Assembly: GCA_017305535.1 (NCBI GenBank)
Contig: JAFKKN010000001.1
Coordinates: 233,145 to 297,144, forward strand
Source of the DNA: Hyphomicrobiales bacterium
GTDB lineage: Bacteria > Pseudomonadota > Alphaproteobacteria > Rhizobiales > Xanthobacteraceae
Direction: 5' to 3'
DNA length: 64,000 bases
Positions within the stretch are counted from its first letter, which is position 1; each line of letters starts with the position of its first letter. Below, one piece after another: positions 20,958-29,701 of this stretch. The notes under the pieces are model-generated. The model was not told the origin of the DNA. It saw only the letters and a program-made list of their open reading frames with translations, and did no database searches. The translations under genes and the position numbers were made by a program.

Positions 20958-21027
20958 CGTCGATCCGTTCGCCCACCGGCGATGTTATGTCAATGCGCGG
21001 AGCCGAACCAAAGAGTTCGGATCGGAT

Positions 21028-21588
21028 TTACTGACGCTGGAAACTTCCGCTCGGCAGCGGCGCCGGGAATGAATTGCCCGATGCAGCCGGCGGCGCGGCT
21101 TGCGGCTGCGCCTGAGGCGCGGGCGTTTCGGGATCGGGCGGCGGCACCGTGGTGCTGCGATGGCGAACCGTCCGCTTTGCCGGCTTCGGTGCAGGCGCCG
21201 TGGCGGTGCCTTGCTGCTCGGGCGCGACAGCTCCTTCGCTTGCCGGCGTGGCAGCGCGAGGCCGGGCGGCACGCGACCGCGACGAGGCTCTGTGTTTCGG
21301 AGGCTCGGCCGCAGGCGGCGGCGCCTCCACCGGAGCCGCTTCCTGTTGCTGAAGCTGCTGCCTGTCGACGTTCTCCTTGTAGAGTTCTTTCGGCACGCCC
21401 TGTTCGACCCCTGGGACACCTTGGGGGAAGACCGGTTCACGATTTCCCGGCAATTTCTTCTTGGTGTCGAACATATCGAACATATCGGTGGGATCGAAGC
21501 TGCTCGAGCTGGCACAACCGGCGAGCACGCCCGACACAGCGATGAGAACGACGGCAGCGATCAAACGATGTGAGCAGCGAGTAGCCAT
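21028..21588 (-). CDS. Pro/Ala-rich lipoprotein occupying the bamB-like slot upstream of der
   Basis: Lipobox VLAGC after a signal peptide. The remainder is low complexity (PAAEPP..., APAPKPA...). Confidence 0.65.
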   Translation of the reverse strand: MATRCSHRLIAAVVLIAVSGVLAGCASSSSFDPTDMFDMFDTKKKLPGNREPVFPQGVPGVEQGVPKELYKENVDRQQLQQQEAAPVEAPPPAAEPPKHRASSRSRAARPRAATPASEGAVAPEQQGTATAPAPKPAKRTVRHRSTTVPPPDPETPAPQAQPQAAPPAASGNSFPAPLPSGSFQRQ

Positions 21589-21641
21589 GGGGCGTTATTC
21601 AACTCTCGTTCGTCAGGATCAGACGCGGGCGTAAAATCAAC

Positions 21642-22295
21642 TCAGCTTTTTGCGGCAGGCGGAAGCAATGCTTGCAATGCTTCGGCTCTGCTGCGCAGGC
21701 TTGCGGGCGTTTCGCTATCTTCCGCGATCATATCGAGCCATTTGCGGGCTTCGGCGGCATTCTTGGCACGCCATGCCGAGAGCGCCAGTAATTCGCGCGC
21801 GGTGTGACGATAAATGCTGCCCGCCTGTGCCGATGCATCGAGACGCTTCACCATGTCGTCGTAGCTGTCGGTATCAACCAGCAACGACGCCGCGCGCACT
21901 GTCGCAAGACTGCGCTCGTTCGTGCCGACGCTCGGATCCGCGACGATGGCGTCATACAATTTTACACCGGCGGCCGCATCGCGCGTGGCGGCTTCGGCGG
22001 CGGCACGTAGCCGCGCAAGAGATCGATAACCAGCGGGCGCATCGGCAGCGAGCGCGTTGAAAGCGGCTTCGGCTTCAGCGTGCTTGTTTTCATCGGATAA
22101 CGTTGATGCCGCATCGAAAGCGGCGCTGGCCTTGTAGGCCTTCTGGGTGGCCAGGTATTCGTAGCCACGCCAGCCGCCGACGCCGGCGACGATCAGGACC
22201 GCCAGCGCGACGATGTAGACGGAGTACTTGTCCCAGATTTTCTTGAGCTGCTCCTTGCGCAGTTCATCGTCGATTTCGTTAAATATCTCAGACAC
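21642..22295 (-). CDS. YfgM-like TPR membrane-anchored protein
   Basis: 217 aa; N-terminal charged segment, a single TM (VYIVALAVLIVAGVGGW), then an Ala-rich helical-repeat region. Lies upstream of der, in synteny with yfgM-bamB-der. Confidence 0.7.
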   Translation of the reverse strand: MSEIFNEIDDELRKEQLKKIWDKYSVYIVALAVLIVAGVGGWRGYEYLATQKAYKASAAFDAASTLSDENKHAEAEAAFNALAADAPAGYRSLARLRAAAEAATRDAAAGVKLYDAIVADPSVGTNERSLATVRAASLLVDTDSYDDMVKRLDASAQAGSIYRHTARELLALSAWRAKNAAEARKWLDMIAEDSETPASLRSRAEALQALLPPAAKS

Positions 22296-22478
22296 TTAAA
22301 GAACCCCATTGCGGCCACGCCGCTCGCCCAGCGGCAAACCGGGCGATTGCCCACCGGTCAGGCGATACCCTAGCGGTATGGCGTCCGCAAGGCAAAGTTG
22401 GCGCTTTCGCGGCGCGCGGAACCGCCAGAGGCGCCGCGGGACTCTTGCGGCAATCCGATGGCGATTCCGGGGCGTGTT

Positions 22479-22940
22479 TTATTTCACCGCCAGCAGCTCG
22501 ACGTCGAAAATGAGGGTCGCGTTCGGCGGGATGACGCCGCCTGCGCCGCGCGCGCCGTAGCCCAGTTCCGGCGGGATGATCAGGGTGCGCTTGCCGCCGA
22601 CCTTCATGGTGGCGACGCCCTCGTCCCAACCGGCAATCACCCGGCCCTTGCCGATCGGAAACTCGAACGGCTCGTTGCGGTCGACCGATGAGTCGAACTT
22701 CTTGCCCTTCTTGCCGTCGACATAGAGCCAGCCGGTGTAGTGCATCACGCAGGTCTGGCCGCGCGCGGGGGTCGCGCCGGTGCCGACCTGGGTATCGACG
22801 ATCTGCAAACCCGAAGCTGTGGTCATGGTCTTTCCTTTGGCCTGTGCCAGTGTGGGGGTGGAAGTGCCGCCGGCGACAAGCGCCGTGGTGGCGACAATCG
22901 CGAAAGCCCGGAAGGCAATCGCGGCGAACGTGAAGCGCAT
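22479..22940 (-). CDS. FKBP-type peptidyl-prolyl cis-trans isomerase (exported)
   Basis: Start at ATG 22940 after AGGAAAGGA, with a signal peptide. FKBP core ...VMHYTGWL..G.KFDSS.DR..PFEFPIGKG.VI.GWDEG.. Confidence 0.9.
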   Translation of the reverse strand: MRFTFAAIAFRAFAIVATTALVAGGTSTPTLAQAKGKTMTTASGLQIVDTQVGTGATPARGQTCVMHYTGWLYVDGKKGKKFDSSVDRNEPFEFPIGKGRVIAGWDEGVATMKVGGKRTLIIPPELGYGARGAGGVIPPNATLIFDVELLAVK

Positions 22941-22976
22941 GTCGTATCCTTTCCTGATGAAGGGCGGGGGCAACGC

Positions 22977-23825
22977 TCAGCCCTTCGGCTTGATGCCGTA
23001 GACGTTCTCCGGGCCGGGAAACGCGCGGGAGCGGACGTCCCGGGCGTAGCCCTGGATCGCCTCTTCGATCATCGGACCGAGCTGGCCGTAACGGCGGACG
23101 AATTTCGGCACCCACTCCGACAGGCCGAGCATGTCTTCCAGCACCAGCACCTGTCCGTCGCAGGCGGCGCTGGCACCAATGCCGATGGTGGGAATGTCGA
23201 TGGTCTGGGTGATGCGCCGCGCCAGCGGTTCGGCGACAGCTTCGACCACAACGGAGAATGCGCCGGCCTGCGCCACCGCGCGGGCGTCGTTCTGGATCGG
23301 ACCGATGACATTCTCGCCGCGCGCGATGGCTTCCGCTTCCTCGCGGCCCTGCGAGCGGAACGAGCCGAGCGCGTTGATCGACTGCGGCGTCAGGCCGATA
23401 TGCGCCATCACCGGGATGCCGCGCTCGGTCAGGAACGCGATCGTCTCCGCCATGCGCTCACCACCCTCGAGCTTCACCGCGCCGCAATGCGTCTCTTTCA
23501 AAATGCGCGCGGCGGAATGAAACGCCTGCTCCTTGGACGCCTCGTAGCTGCCGAACGGCATATCGACCACGACCAGCGACTGCTTCGAACCGCGCATCAC
23601 CGCATGGCCTTGCAGGATCATCATCTCCAGCGTCACCGGCAGCGTGGTCTCGAAGCCATGCATCACGTTGCCCAGCGAATCGCCGACCAGAATGACGTCG
23701 CAATAGCGATCGACCAGCGCCGCGGTGTGGGCGTGGTACGAGGTCAGCATCACCACCGGCTCGCCGTTCTTGCGCGCGCGGATATCGGCCGACGTCTTGC
23801 GCCGGATGGTCGATTGAACGGACAT
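22977..23825 (-). CDS. panB: 3-methyl-2-oxobutanoate hydroxymethyltransferase
   Basis: Start at ATG 23825 ([35 protein letters not shown]...); GDSLGNV motif. The longer ORF upstream looks non-coding. Confidence 0.92.
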   Translation of the reverse strand: MSVQSTIRRKTSADIRARKNGEPVVMLTSYHAHTAALVDRYCDVILVGDSLGNVMHGFETTLPVTLEMMILQGHAVMRGSKQSLVVVDMPFGSYEASKEQAFHSAARILKETHCGAVKLEGGERMAETIAFLTERGIPVMAHIGLTPQSINALGSFRSQGREEAEAIARGENVIGPIQNDARAVAQAGAFSVVVEAVAEPLARRITQTIDIPTIGIGASAACDGQVLVLEDMLGLSEWVPKFVRRYGQLGPMIEEAIQGYARDVRSRAFPGPENVYGIKPKG

Positions 23826-24245
23826 GCTACACTCCGAAAACGGGACTACCGATGATGAAAGGACGAGATGCCGGCGCATGCGCGGCGCCGGCCGAAGCGC
23901 GACCAAGGATGATGATGGTGAGATCGACGCCCATCTTCCGCCCGCTTGCCTCCCTCGAAACGCGATGCCAGTGCAGGCCCCTGCACGCTCCGCGTCTGTC
24001 TCCGTGCGGGGTCCGCTGCTTCGCACCCACCGCACCGCAATATCGGGGCGAAGGGGTATCATTTTTTGCCGGGGATGAGCAAGGGACGCGCCGCCACGGC
24101 GCGAATGCGGGTGGCTGTCGCACGTGTCGCGGCACTCCGCGCTTCCGTACGGTGCTTCCGCATCCTATTTTCGGTGTCCCGGTCGTGCATGACGCAACCG
24201 GCGTAACCTGTTCATCAGCGCGTGACGCATGACGGAGAGATCGAC

Positions 24246-25331
24246 ATGACCGCAAAGGCAACACGGACCACCAACGGCCGCGGCCGGCTGTTCGACAGCG
24301 TGCTCGACACCATCGGCGACACGCCCGCCATCCGCATCAACCATATCGGCGTCGACAAGGTGACGATGTACGTCAAGGCCGAGTATTTCAATCCGGCCTC
24401 ATCGGTGAAGGATCGGCTGGCGATCGGCATCATCGAGGAAGCCGAACGCAGCGGCGCGCTGAAGCCCGGCCAGACCGTGGTGGAAGCCACCAGCGGCAAC
24501 ACCGGCATCGGCCTCGCGATGGTCTGCGCGCAGAAGGGCTATCCGCTGGTGGTGACCATGGCGGAGAGTTTCTCCATCGAACGGCGACGGCTGATGCGGA
24601 TGCTGGGGGCCAAGGTGGTGCTGACGCCGCGCGCCGAAAAAGGGTTCGGCATGTACCGGAAAGCGGTCGAACTGGCGGAGAAGCACGGCTGGTTTCTCGC
24701 GCATCAGTTCGAGGCCGCCGCCAACGCCGCGATCCATGAAGCGACCACCGGCCGCGAGATCATCAACGACTTCGCCGGCAAGAGGCTCGACTACTTCGTC
24801 ACCGGCTACGGCACCGGCGGCACCATGGTCGGCGTCTCGCGCGTGCTGCGCAAGGAGCGGCCGGAAACCAAGATCATTCTCAGCGAGCCGATGAACGCGC
24901 AACTGATCGGCAGCGGCACGGCGCAGCAACGCACGGCGGACGGCGAGCCGGCGGCGGGCCATCCGGCGTTCGAGCCGCATCCGATCCAGGGCTGGACGCC
25001 GGACTTCATTCCGAAGGTGCTGCAAGAAGCGATCGACAAGCACTATTACGACGAGCTGATCCCGATCGCCGGGCCGAAGGCCATCGAATGGGCCAAGGCG
25101 CTGGCGCAGCGCGAAGGCATCTTCACCGGCATTTCCGGCGGCGCGACCTTCGGTGTGGCGCGGCAGGTCGCCGAGAAGGCTCCCCCCGGCTCGGTCATTC
25201 TCTGCATGCTGCCGGACACTGGCGAACGCTATCTCTCGACACCGTTGTTCGACGCCATTCCGGCTGACATGGACGAAGCCGAAGTCGCGCTGTCACGCTC
25301 GACGCCGGGTTATCAGATGCCGGCGGGATGA
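24246..25331 (+). CDS. cysK: Cysteine synthase / O-acetylserine sulfhydrylase family (long form)
   Basis: PLP-lysine context NPASSVKDRLA and TSGNTGIGLA loop. About 361 aa, longer than classical CysK. Start at ATG 24246 after GGAGAG. Confidence 0.85.
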   Translation: MTAKATRTTNGRGRLFDSVLDTIGDTPAIRINHIGVDKVTMYVKAEYFNPASSVKDRLAIGIIEEAERSGALKPGQTVVEATSGNTGIGLAMVCAQKGYPLVVTMAESFSIERRRLMRMLGAKVVLTPRAEKGFGMYRKAVELAEKHGWFLAHQFEAAANAAIHEATTGREIINDFAGKRLDYFVTGYGTGGTMVGVSRVLRKERPETKIILSEPMNAQLIGSGTAQQRTADGEPAAGHPAFEPHPIQGWTPDFIPKVLQEAIDKHYYDELIPIAGPKAIEWAKALAQREGIFTGISGGATFGVARQVAEKAPPGSVILCMLPDTGERYLSTPLFDAIPADMDEAEVALSRSTPGYQMPAG

Positions 25332-25377
25332 GTATCTGACCGGAAGTTATTTCAGGCAGACGCACAACACGAGAGCC

Positions 25378-25495
25378 GTCGTCCCCGCGCAGGTGGGGAC
25401 CCAGACTCCGCAGGGGCTCGGTTTTATCTGCTGAGGCAATTTTAATATCATCACTGACGCCAGGGGTTCTGGGTCCCCGCCTGCGCGGGGACGAC
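25378..25495. repeat. REP/MITE-like inverted doublet of a 28-bp hairpin unit
   Basis: GTCGTCCCCGCGCAGGTGGGGACCCAGA at 25378-25405, and its reverse complement (one mismatch) at 25468-25495. Each unit is itself a GTCCCCGC..GCGGGGAC hairpin. Confidence 0.85.
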
Positions 25496-25538
25496 ACTGA
25501 GAACGCTATCACGCCTCGCAATGACGTCAGGTAACGCC

Positions 25539-26123
25539 TCAAGCCCCAATCACCGGCACGCCGATGACGAAGGGATGAAATACGAGCGCAAGCGCGAGAT
25601 AGAGAACGATGCCAAGCACCACGGCGATGACATCGTTGCCGACGCCGCCGACCGGTATAGGCGGCGCGCCGGGATCGCTGCGGTATTTCAGCGAAATGCG
25701 ATCATAGACCGCCCACGCCAGAAACGAGCCAAACAGGATGATCGAGCCGAGATCACCGTTGGCAAGCAGGTGCGCGAGGGCCCACAACTTAACGCCCGCC
25801 AGCATCGGATGCTTGAGCCTGGCGTAGATGCGGCCACGGACATAAGACGCTACCACCAGGATCACCGCGAACGGCATCAGCGCCAGCGTGATGTGGCGCA
25901 TCGCGACCGGCGGATACCAGACATCGATCCAGCCCGTCGCGCGATAATGCGCGAAGCCCCAGATGATCAGCGCGAGGCCGATGGCGGACAGAATCGAATA
26001 GCCGATCTTGTAGGCGGCCTCTCCGCGTGAGGCGATCAACCGCGCGCGCAGTTCACGCCGCGTCGTGACCAGATGCGTGCCGAGAAACAGCACGAGCCCG
26101 ACGATCAGAATTCCGAGTCCCAT
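25539..26123 (-). CDS. NnrU-family membrane protein
   Basis: 194-aa polytopic ORF resembling the NnrU family (MGLGILIVGLVLFLGTH...). Confidence 0.75.
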   Translation of the reverse strand: MGLGILIVGLVLFLGTHLVTTRRELRARLIASRGEAAYKIGYSILSAIGLALIIWGFAHYRATGWIDVWYPPVAMRHITLALMPFAVILVVASYVRGRIYARLKHPMLAGVKLWALAHLLANGDLGSIILFGSFLAWAVYDRISLKYRSDPGAPPIPVGGVGNDVIAVVLGIVLYLALALVFHPFVIGVPVIGA

Positions 26124-26338
26124 CGCACTTTCCCACCGGCCGATTTCGACGCCAAATCGCTAGCACCTTTGCCGGCAACCACGCAATGGCATCGCGACAT
26201 CGCCCGAACACGAGGATATGCCGCCGGCCGACGCGCCAAACAGAGAATTAAGTTTCCTCCATGCGCTCGCCGGCAGGAACGATCCTCACTATTTTTCAGT
26301 TGAGACAATGTGGTTGGGGGAAATCAAGGAGACATTCC

Positions 26339-26941
26339 ATGAAACGGCTTATGGTCGTCGCCGTGGTCGCACTGGCGACCGCATCATCCCTCGTGCTTGC
26401 ACGGACCGCGTCCGCGAGCGACGCGCAAACCTTGCAGCAACGGATGCTCGCGAACCTCAACCAATCCGGCTTCTCCGACGTGAAAGTCACGCCCGGTTCG
26501 TTTTATGTCAGCGCAAAGGACCAGGACGGCAACCCCGTCTCGATGTTCATCACGCCGAATTCCATGGCCGAAATCACCACCGTCGCCATGAATACCGATC
26601 AATCCTCCCCCTCTTCCGCGTCCACCGATAACGGCCTGTTCGTGCGTATTCCACGCGGCGAGGAATTGAGTTCGAAAATCATCGGCACCGATGTCTACAA
26701 TCAGGACAACAAGAACATCGGCAAGATCACGGATATCGCCATCGACAGCAACCGACACGTGACGGCCTACGTGCTCAGCGTCGGTGGTTTTCTCGGCATC
26801 GACACCCACTATGTCGCCGTCACGCCTTCCGCCATCGATCTCACCTATGACAACCAGAAGAATGCGTGGAGCGCGAAGATCGATACCGATGCCGGCAAGC
26901 TGAAAGCCGCGCCGGAGTACACCTATCCCGGAAAGGCCTGA
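26339..26941 (+). CDS. Exported PRC-barrel domain protein
   Basis: Start at ATG 26339 after AAGGAGA, with a signal peptide. PRC-barrel-like ...IIGTDVYNQDNKNIGKITDIAID....YVLSVGGFLG... Confidence 0.75.
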   Translation: MKRLMVVAVVALATASSLVLARTASASDAQTLQQRMLANLNQSGFSDVKVTPGSFYVSAKDQDGNPVSMFITPNSMAEITTVAMNTDQSSPSSASTDNGLFVRIPRGEELSSKIIGTDVYNQDNKNIGKITDIAIDSNRHVTAYVLSVGGFLGIDTHYVAVTPSAIDLTYDNQKNAWSAKIDTDAGKLKAAPEYTYPGKA

Positions 26942-27065
26942 ATCTGTATTGCGCCATGGCGAGCACCGGCCGGCGCCGCAACGCCGGCCGCGCCGGCTTG
27001 ACTCGATTGCCACGCTGCCTTCAGATTGTTTCATCGTCGAGGCCATCGCGGAGGGGCAGCCGCAT

Positions 27066-27521
27066 ATGACGCATCCATTCGAGCGCCACCATTCCATCGT
27101 CATCGCGGCGAAACCAGCCGCGGTGTTCGACTACGTAACCAATCCGAAATCGTGGCCCGAATGGCTTCCGACGTCGCATCACATCGATTGCGACGACCGT
27201 CCGATGCGGTTCGGCGACACGTTTCACGAACACTGGAGCACGCGCACCGCCAAGGTCGAACTCGACTGGCTGGTGATCACCTGCGACGCGCCGCACGTGT
27301 GGATCGGCCTGACGCAAACCTCGTTCATGGGCCCGGTGGTGGTGCAGTACAATTGCGAAACCGTCGATGGCGGCACGCAGTTCACCCGCACGCTACGCAA
27401 CCCGGCGCGGCCGAAAGCGCCAAGCGCCGAAGTGATCGAGCGGATGGATCACGAAGCGCGTCTCGGACTTGAAGCCATCAAGCGCAACGTCGAGGCACGC
27501 AGCAGCCGCACGACGTTTTGA
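27066..27521 (+). CDS. SRPBCC (polyketide cyclase/START-like) family protein
   Basis: 151 aa; ...IAAKPAAVFDYVTNPKSWPEWLP... is typical of the SRPBCC superfamily. Confidence 0.7.
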   Translation: MTHPFERHHSIVIAAKPAAVFDYVTNPKSWPEWLPTSHHIDCDDRPMRFGDTFHEHWSTRTAKVELDWLVITCDAPHVWIGLTQTSFMGPVVVQYNCETVDGGTQFTRTLRNPARPKAPSAEVIERMDHEARLGLEAIKRNVEARSSRTTF

Positions 27522-27542
27522 AGATCATCATAGGTTTCGGAC

Positions 27543-27675
27543 GTCGTCCCCGCGAAGGCGGGGACCCAGAATCCCTGCATCAGTCGTGCTTGCGAAGCGT
27601 GCCGACACACAACGATAAGCACCTTTCATCCGACCAACGACACGGAGTCTAGGTCCCCGCCTACGCGGGGACGAC
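27543..27675. repeat. Second REP/MITE-like inverted doublet of the same 28-bp unit
   Basis: GTCGTCCCCGCGAAGGCGGGGACCCAGA at 27543-27570, and an inverted copy TCTAGGTCCCCGCCTACGCGGGGACGAC at 27648-27675. Confidence 0.85.
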
Positions 27676-27713
27676 TCCGAGTGATGGGTTGGCGACGTTC
27701 AAAATCCCTCCGT

Positions 27714-27791
27714 CATTGCGGGGAGCGCAAGCGACGAAGTAATCCAGTTCTTCCTCGTGGCTTTCTCGATTGCTTCGCTACGCTCGCAATG
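27714..27791. repeat. Imperfect palindromic intergenic repeat (CATTGCG..AGCG..GAAG.AATC family)
   Basis: Arm CATTGCGGGGAGCGCAAGCGACGAAGTAATC (27714-27744) faces GATTGCTTCGCTACGCTCGCAATG (27768-27791). It resembles a repeat I recall as common in Bradyrhizobiaceae intergenic regions. Confidence 0.6.
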
Positions 27792-27815
27792 AAGGAAACT
27801 CAGTCGGCCACCATC

Positions 27816-28250
27816 TCACACATTCTCTCCGCCGTCACGGATGACGGAATAGCGCACGATATCGGTGCGACGGTGCCAGCCGATCTTTTCCCAGAACGCC
27901 ATCGCAGCCTCATTCGTCGTCAACACGTCGATGTGCGATTTCGAAATTCCCTCGGCTTGCAATCTGTCGAGAGAGGCGTTCACCAGACGCGTGGCGAGAC
28001 CCGTGTTGCGATGCGCTGGCGCGACAATGAGATGTTGCAGATAGCCCCGGCGACCATCGTGCCCCGCCATCATGCATCCGACCAGTTCGTCGGCGTGCTC
28101 GGCGACAAAGCTCAATCCAGGATTCCTGTTCAGGTAGCGCGCGATCGCCTCCCTTGAATCGGCATCGCGCACGGTGACGCCGGGCGTCTGTCGCATCAAC
28201 GCGATGACGCGATCGAAATCCTCAATGGTCATCTCGCGAATCGTTGCCAC
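27816..28250 (-). CDS. GNAT-family N-acetyltransferase
   Basis: Start proposed at GTG 28250, with GGAGG 8 nt upstream. ...LQHLIVAPAHRNTGLATRLV... is the acetyl-CoA binding motif. Confidence 0.75.
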   Translation of the reverse strand: MATIREMTIEDFDRVIALMRQTPGVTVRDADSREAIARYLNRNPGLSFVAEHADELVGCMMAGHDGRRGYLQHLIVAPAHRNTGLATRLVNASLDRLQAEGISKSHIDVLTTNEAAMAFWEKIGWHRRTDIVRYSVIRDGGENV

Positions 28251-28434
28251 GCTGTTGTCCTCCGGTGCGCGAGCCTGTGTGTCATCGCATCGGTATAGCA
28301 TGCGGCGACGATGCACGTTGCACGCGATCACGATGACGCCGCAACATCATCACGCAATCACCTTGGAAATTTCGCGGAATGACCGCGCCGCGTATGAAGC
28401 ATGGGCACTCCATCAACACCATGGAGCTGAATGC

Positions 28435-28731
28435 ATGAACTTCAAATATCTCGCCACCGCCGCCGCGATCGCCACGCTTGCCGCGACCGCCGCGCAGGCG
28501 CAGACACAGACGTCGCCGCAGCCGACCCAGAAGATGCAACAGGGAAGCTCCACCACCATGCCGCACGGCAAAGCCGGCGCCACGGGCACCGTGGGATCAG
28601 CGAACCATGCCGGCAGCCGCAGCGGCAAGGGCGTGAAGCCGGCTCCCGAAGGAACGATGGAACAACGCGGCGGCTCAAGCCTCGACAGCGACACCGCCCC
28701 GGGCAGCGCGCCGGGCACCATGTCGCGCTAA
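28435..28731 (+). CDS. Small exported Gly/Ser/Thr-rich protein
   Basis: ATG 28435 with GGAG upstream and signal peptide MNFKYLATAAAIATLAATAAQAQ. Followed by a strong terminator. Confidence 0.6.
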   Translation: MNFKYLATAAAIATLAATAAQAQTQTSPQPTQKMQQGSSTTMPHGKAGATGTVGSANHAGSRSGKGVKPAPEGTMEQRGGSSLDSDTAPGSAPGTMSR

Positions 28732-28754
28732 CGTCTCTCCAAGGCGAAACTCTG

Positions 28755-28782
28755 TGGCCGGCGCACACGCCGGCCATTTTTT
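28755..28782 (+). terminator. Rho-independent terminator
   Basis: TGGCCGGCG-CACA-CGCCGGCCA followed by TTTTTT. Confidence 0.85.
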
Positions 28783-28936
28783 CTCCGCCAGCAAATAATT
28801 CGATTCAAATGGAATCGAACGACACGCTGAAACTCGGACTCGACGGCAGCAGCAAGACGACGCGGCGCAACTACGTTTGATGGCGACCGACTTCATCCTC
28901 GGAACGACGCGCACGTACCGTGCCGGATCGCGAGGT

Positions 28937-29149
28937 CTATTTCCTGCGCGCTCTGCTCGCCTTCAGGGGTACGCTCGTTGCGCTTGCGGCTTCCTGCGCC
29001 AGACGAAGCGCACGGAGCCTTGCCATGTTCTTCCTCACCGCAACGTCGTTCGCTTCATACTCCGCGAGGGCTATCACGCCTTCTTCAGCGGCCTGCCGTT
29101 GACGCTCACGTAATGCCTGGGATTTTTCGGAGGGAGGTTTCGTGCTCAT
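28937..29149 (-). CDS. Small charged helical protein (hypothetical)
   Basis: 70 aa from ATG 29149: MSTKPPSEKSQALRERQRQAAEEGVIALAEYEANDVAVRKNMARLRALRLAQEA.... No clear SD. Confidence 0.45.
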   Translation of the reverse strand: MSTKPPSEKSQALRERQRQAAEEGVIALAEYEANDVAVRKNMARLRALRLAQEAASATSVPLKASRARRK

Positions 29150-29373
29150 AAGGCCTATATAGGTACTGTTTGACACAACTGCCACGCCGCCAATTGAACA
29201 CAATTGATTGCTTGCCATTCTGCGGAATACCTATACGGTGCGACAATTCGATTTGTTGCAGTTGCCTTGTAAGCGCGCCCTCGGGCTCTTTTCCTCGGAC
29301 ATCGCCGGAATTGGATCAACCCGCTCGGAGGTCGTGCGGGAAATCGAGCCTTTGCGCTCCAGGAGAAGACGTT

Positions 29374-29586
29374 ATGGCTACAGGTACAGTGAAATGGTTT
29401 AACGGCCAAAAGGGCTTTGGCTTCATTCAACCCGACAACGGCGGCCCGGATGTGTTCGTGCATATCAGCGCGGTCGAGCGCGCCGGCCTCGATGGGCTCG
29501 GTGAAGGCCAGAAGGTTTCGTTCGAAGCCAAGACCGACAAGATGCGCGGCAAGACCAGCGCGGAAAATCTGTCGCTCGTGAGCTAA
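29374..29586 (+). CDS. cspA: Cold-shock domain protein (CspA family)
   Basis: [33 protein letters not shown]..., with RNP1 (KGFGFI) and RNP2 (VFVHI) motifs. AGGAGAA SD and a long 5' UTR. Confidence 0.93.
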   Translation: MATGTVKWFNGQKGFGFIQPDNGGPDVFVHISAVERAGLDGLGEGQKVSFEAKTDKMRGKTSAENLSLVS

Positions 29587-29640
29587 CAAGCGCCGAGCGA
29601 CGCAAGCCACCCACGGATGTACTGGGGGCTCGCAGTGAAA

Positions 29641-29675
29641 GTCCCGTCAGAAATGGCGGGGCTTTTTGTTTGTTT
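29641..29675 (+). terminator. Hairpin terminator between convergent cspA and prfC
   Basis: GTCCCGTC-AGAAAT-GGCGGGGC followed by TTTTTGTTTGTTT. Confidence 0.65.
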
Positions 29676-29701
29676 GGAGAAGCGATATCGTCCGGCTCGC
29701 G

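Noticed and set aside
28799-28819. Small palindrome TTCGATTC-AAATG-GAATCGAA downstream of a terminator
   Set aside because: It is short and isolated, with no adjacent gene start to regulate. The evidence is insufficient for an operator call.
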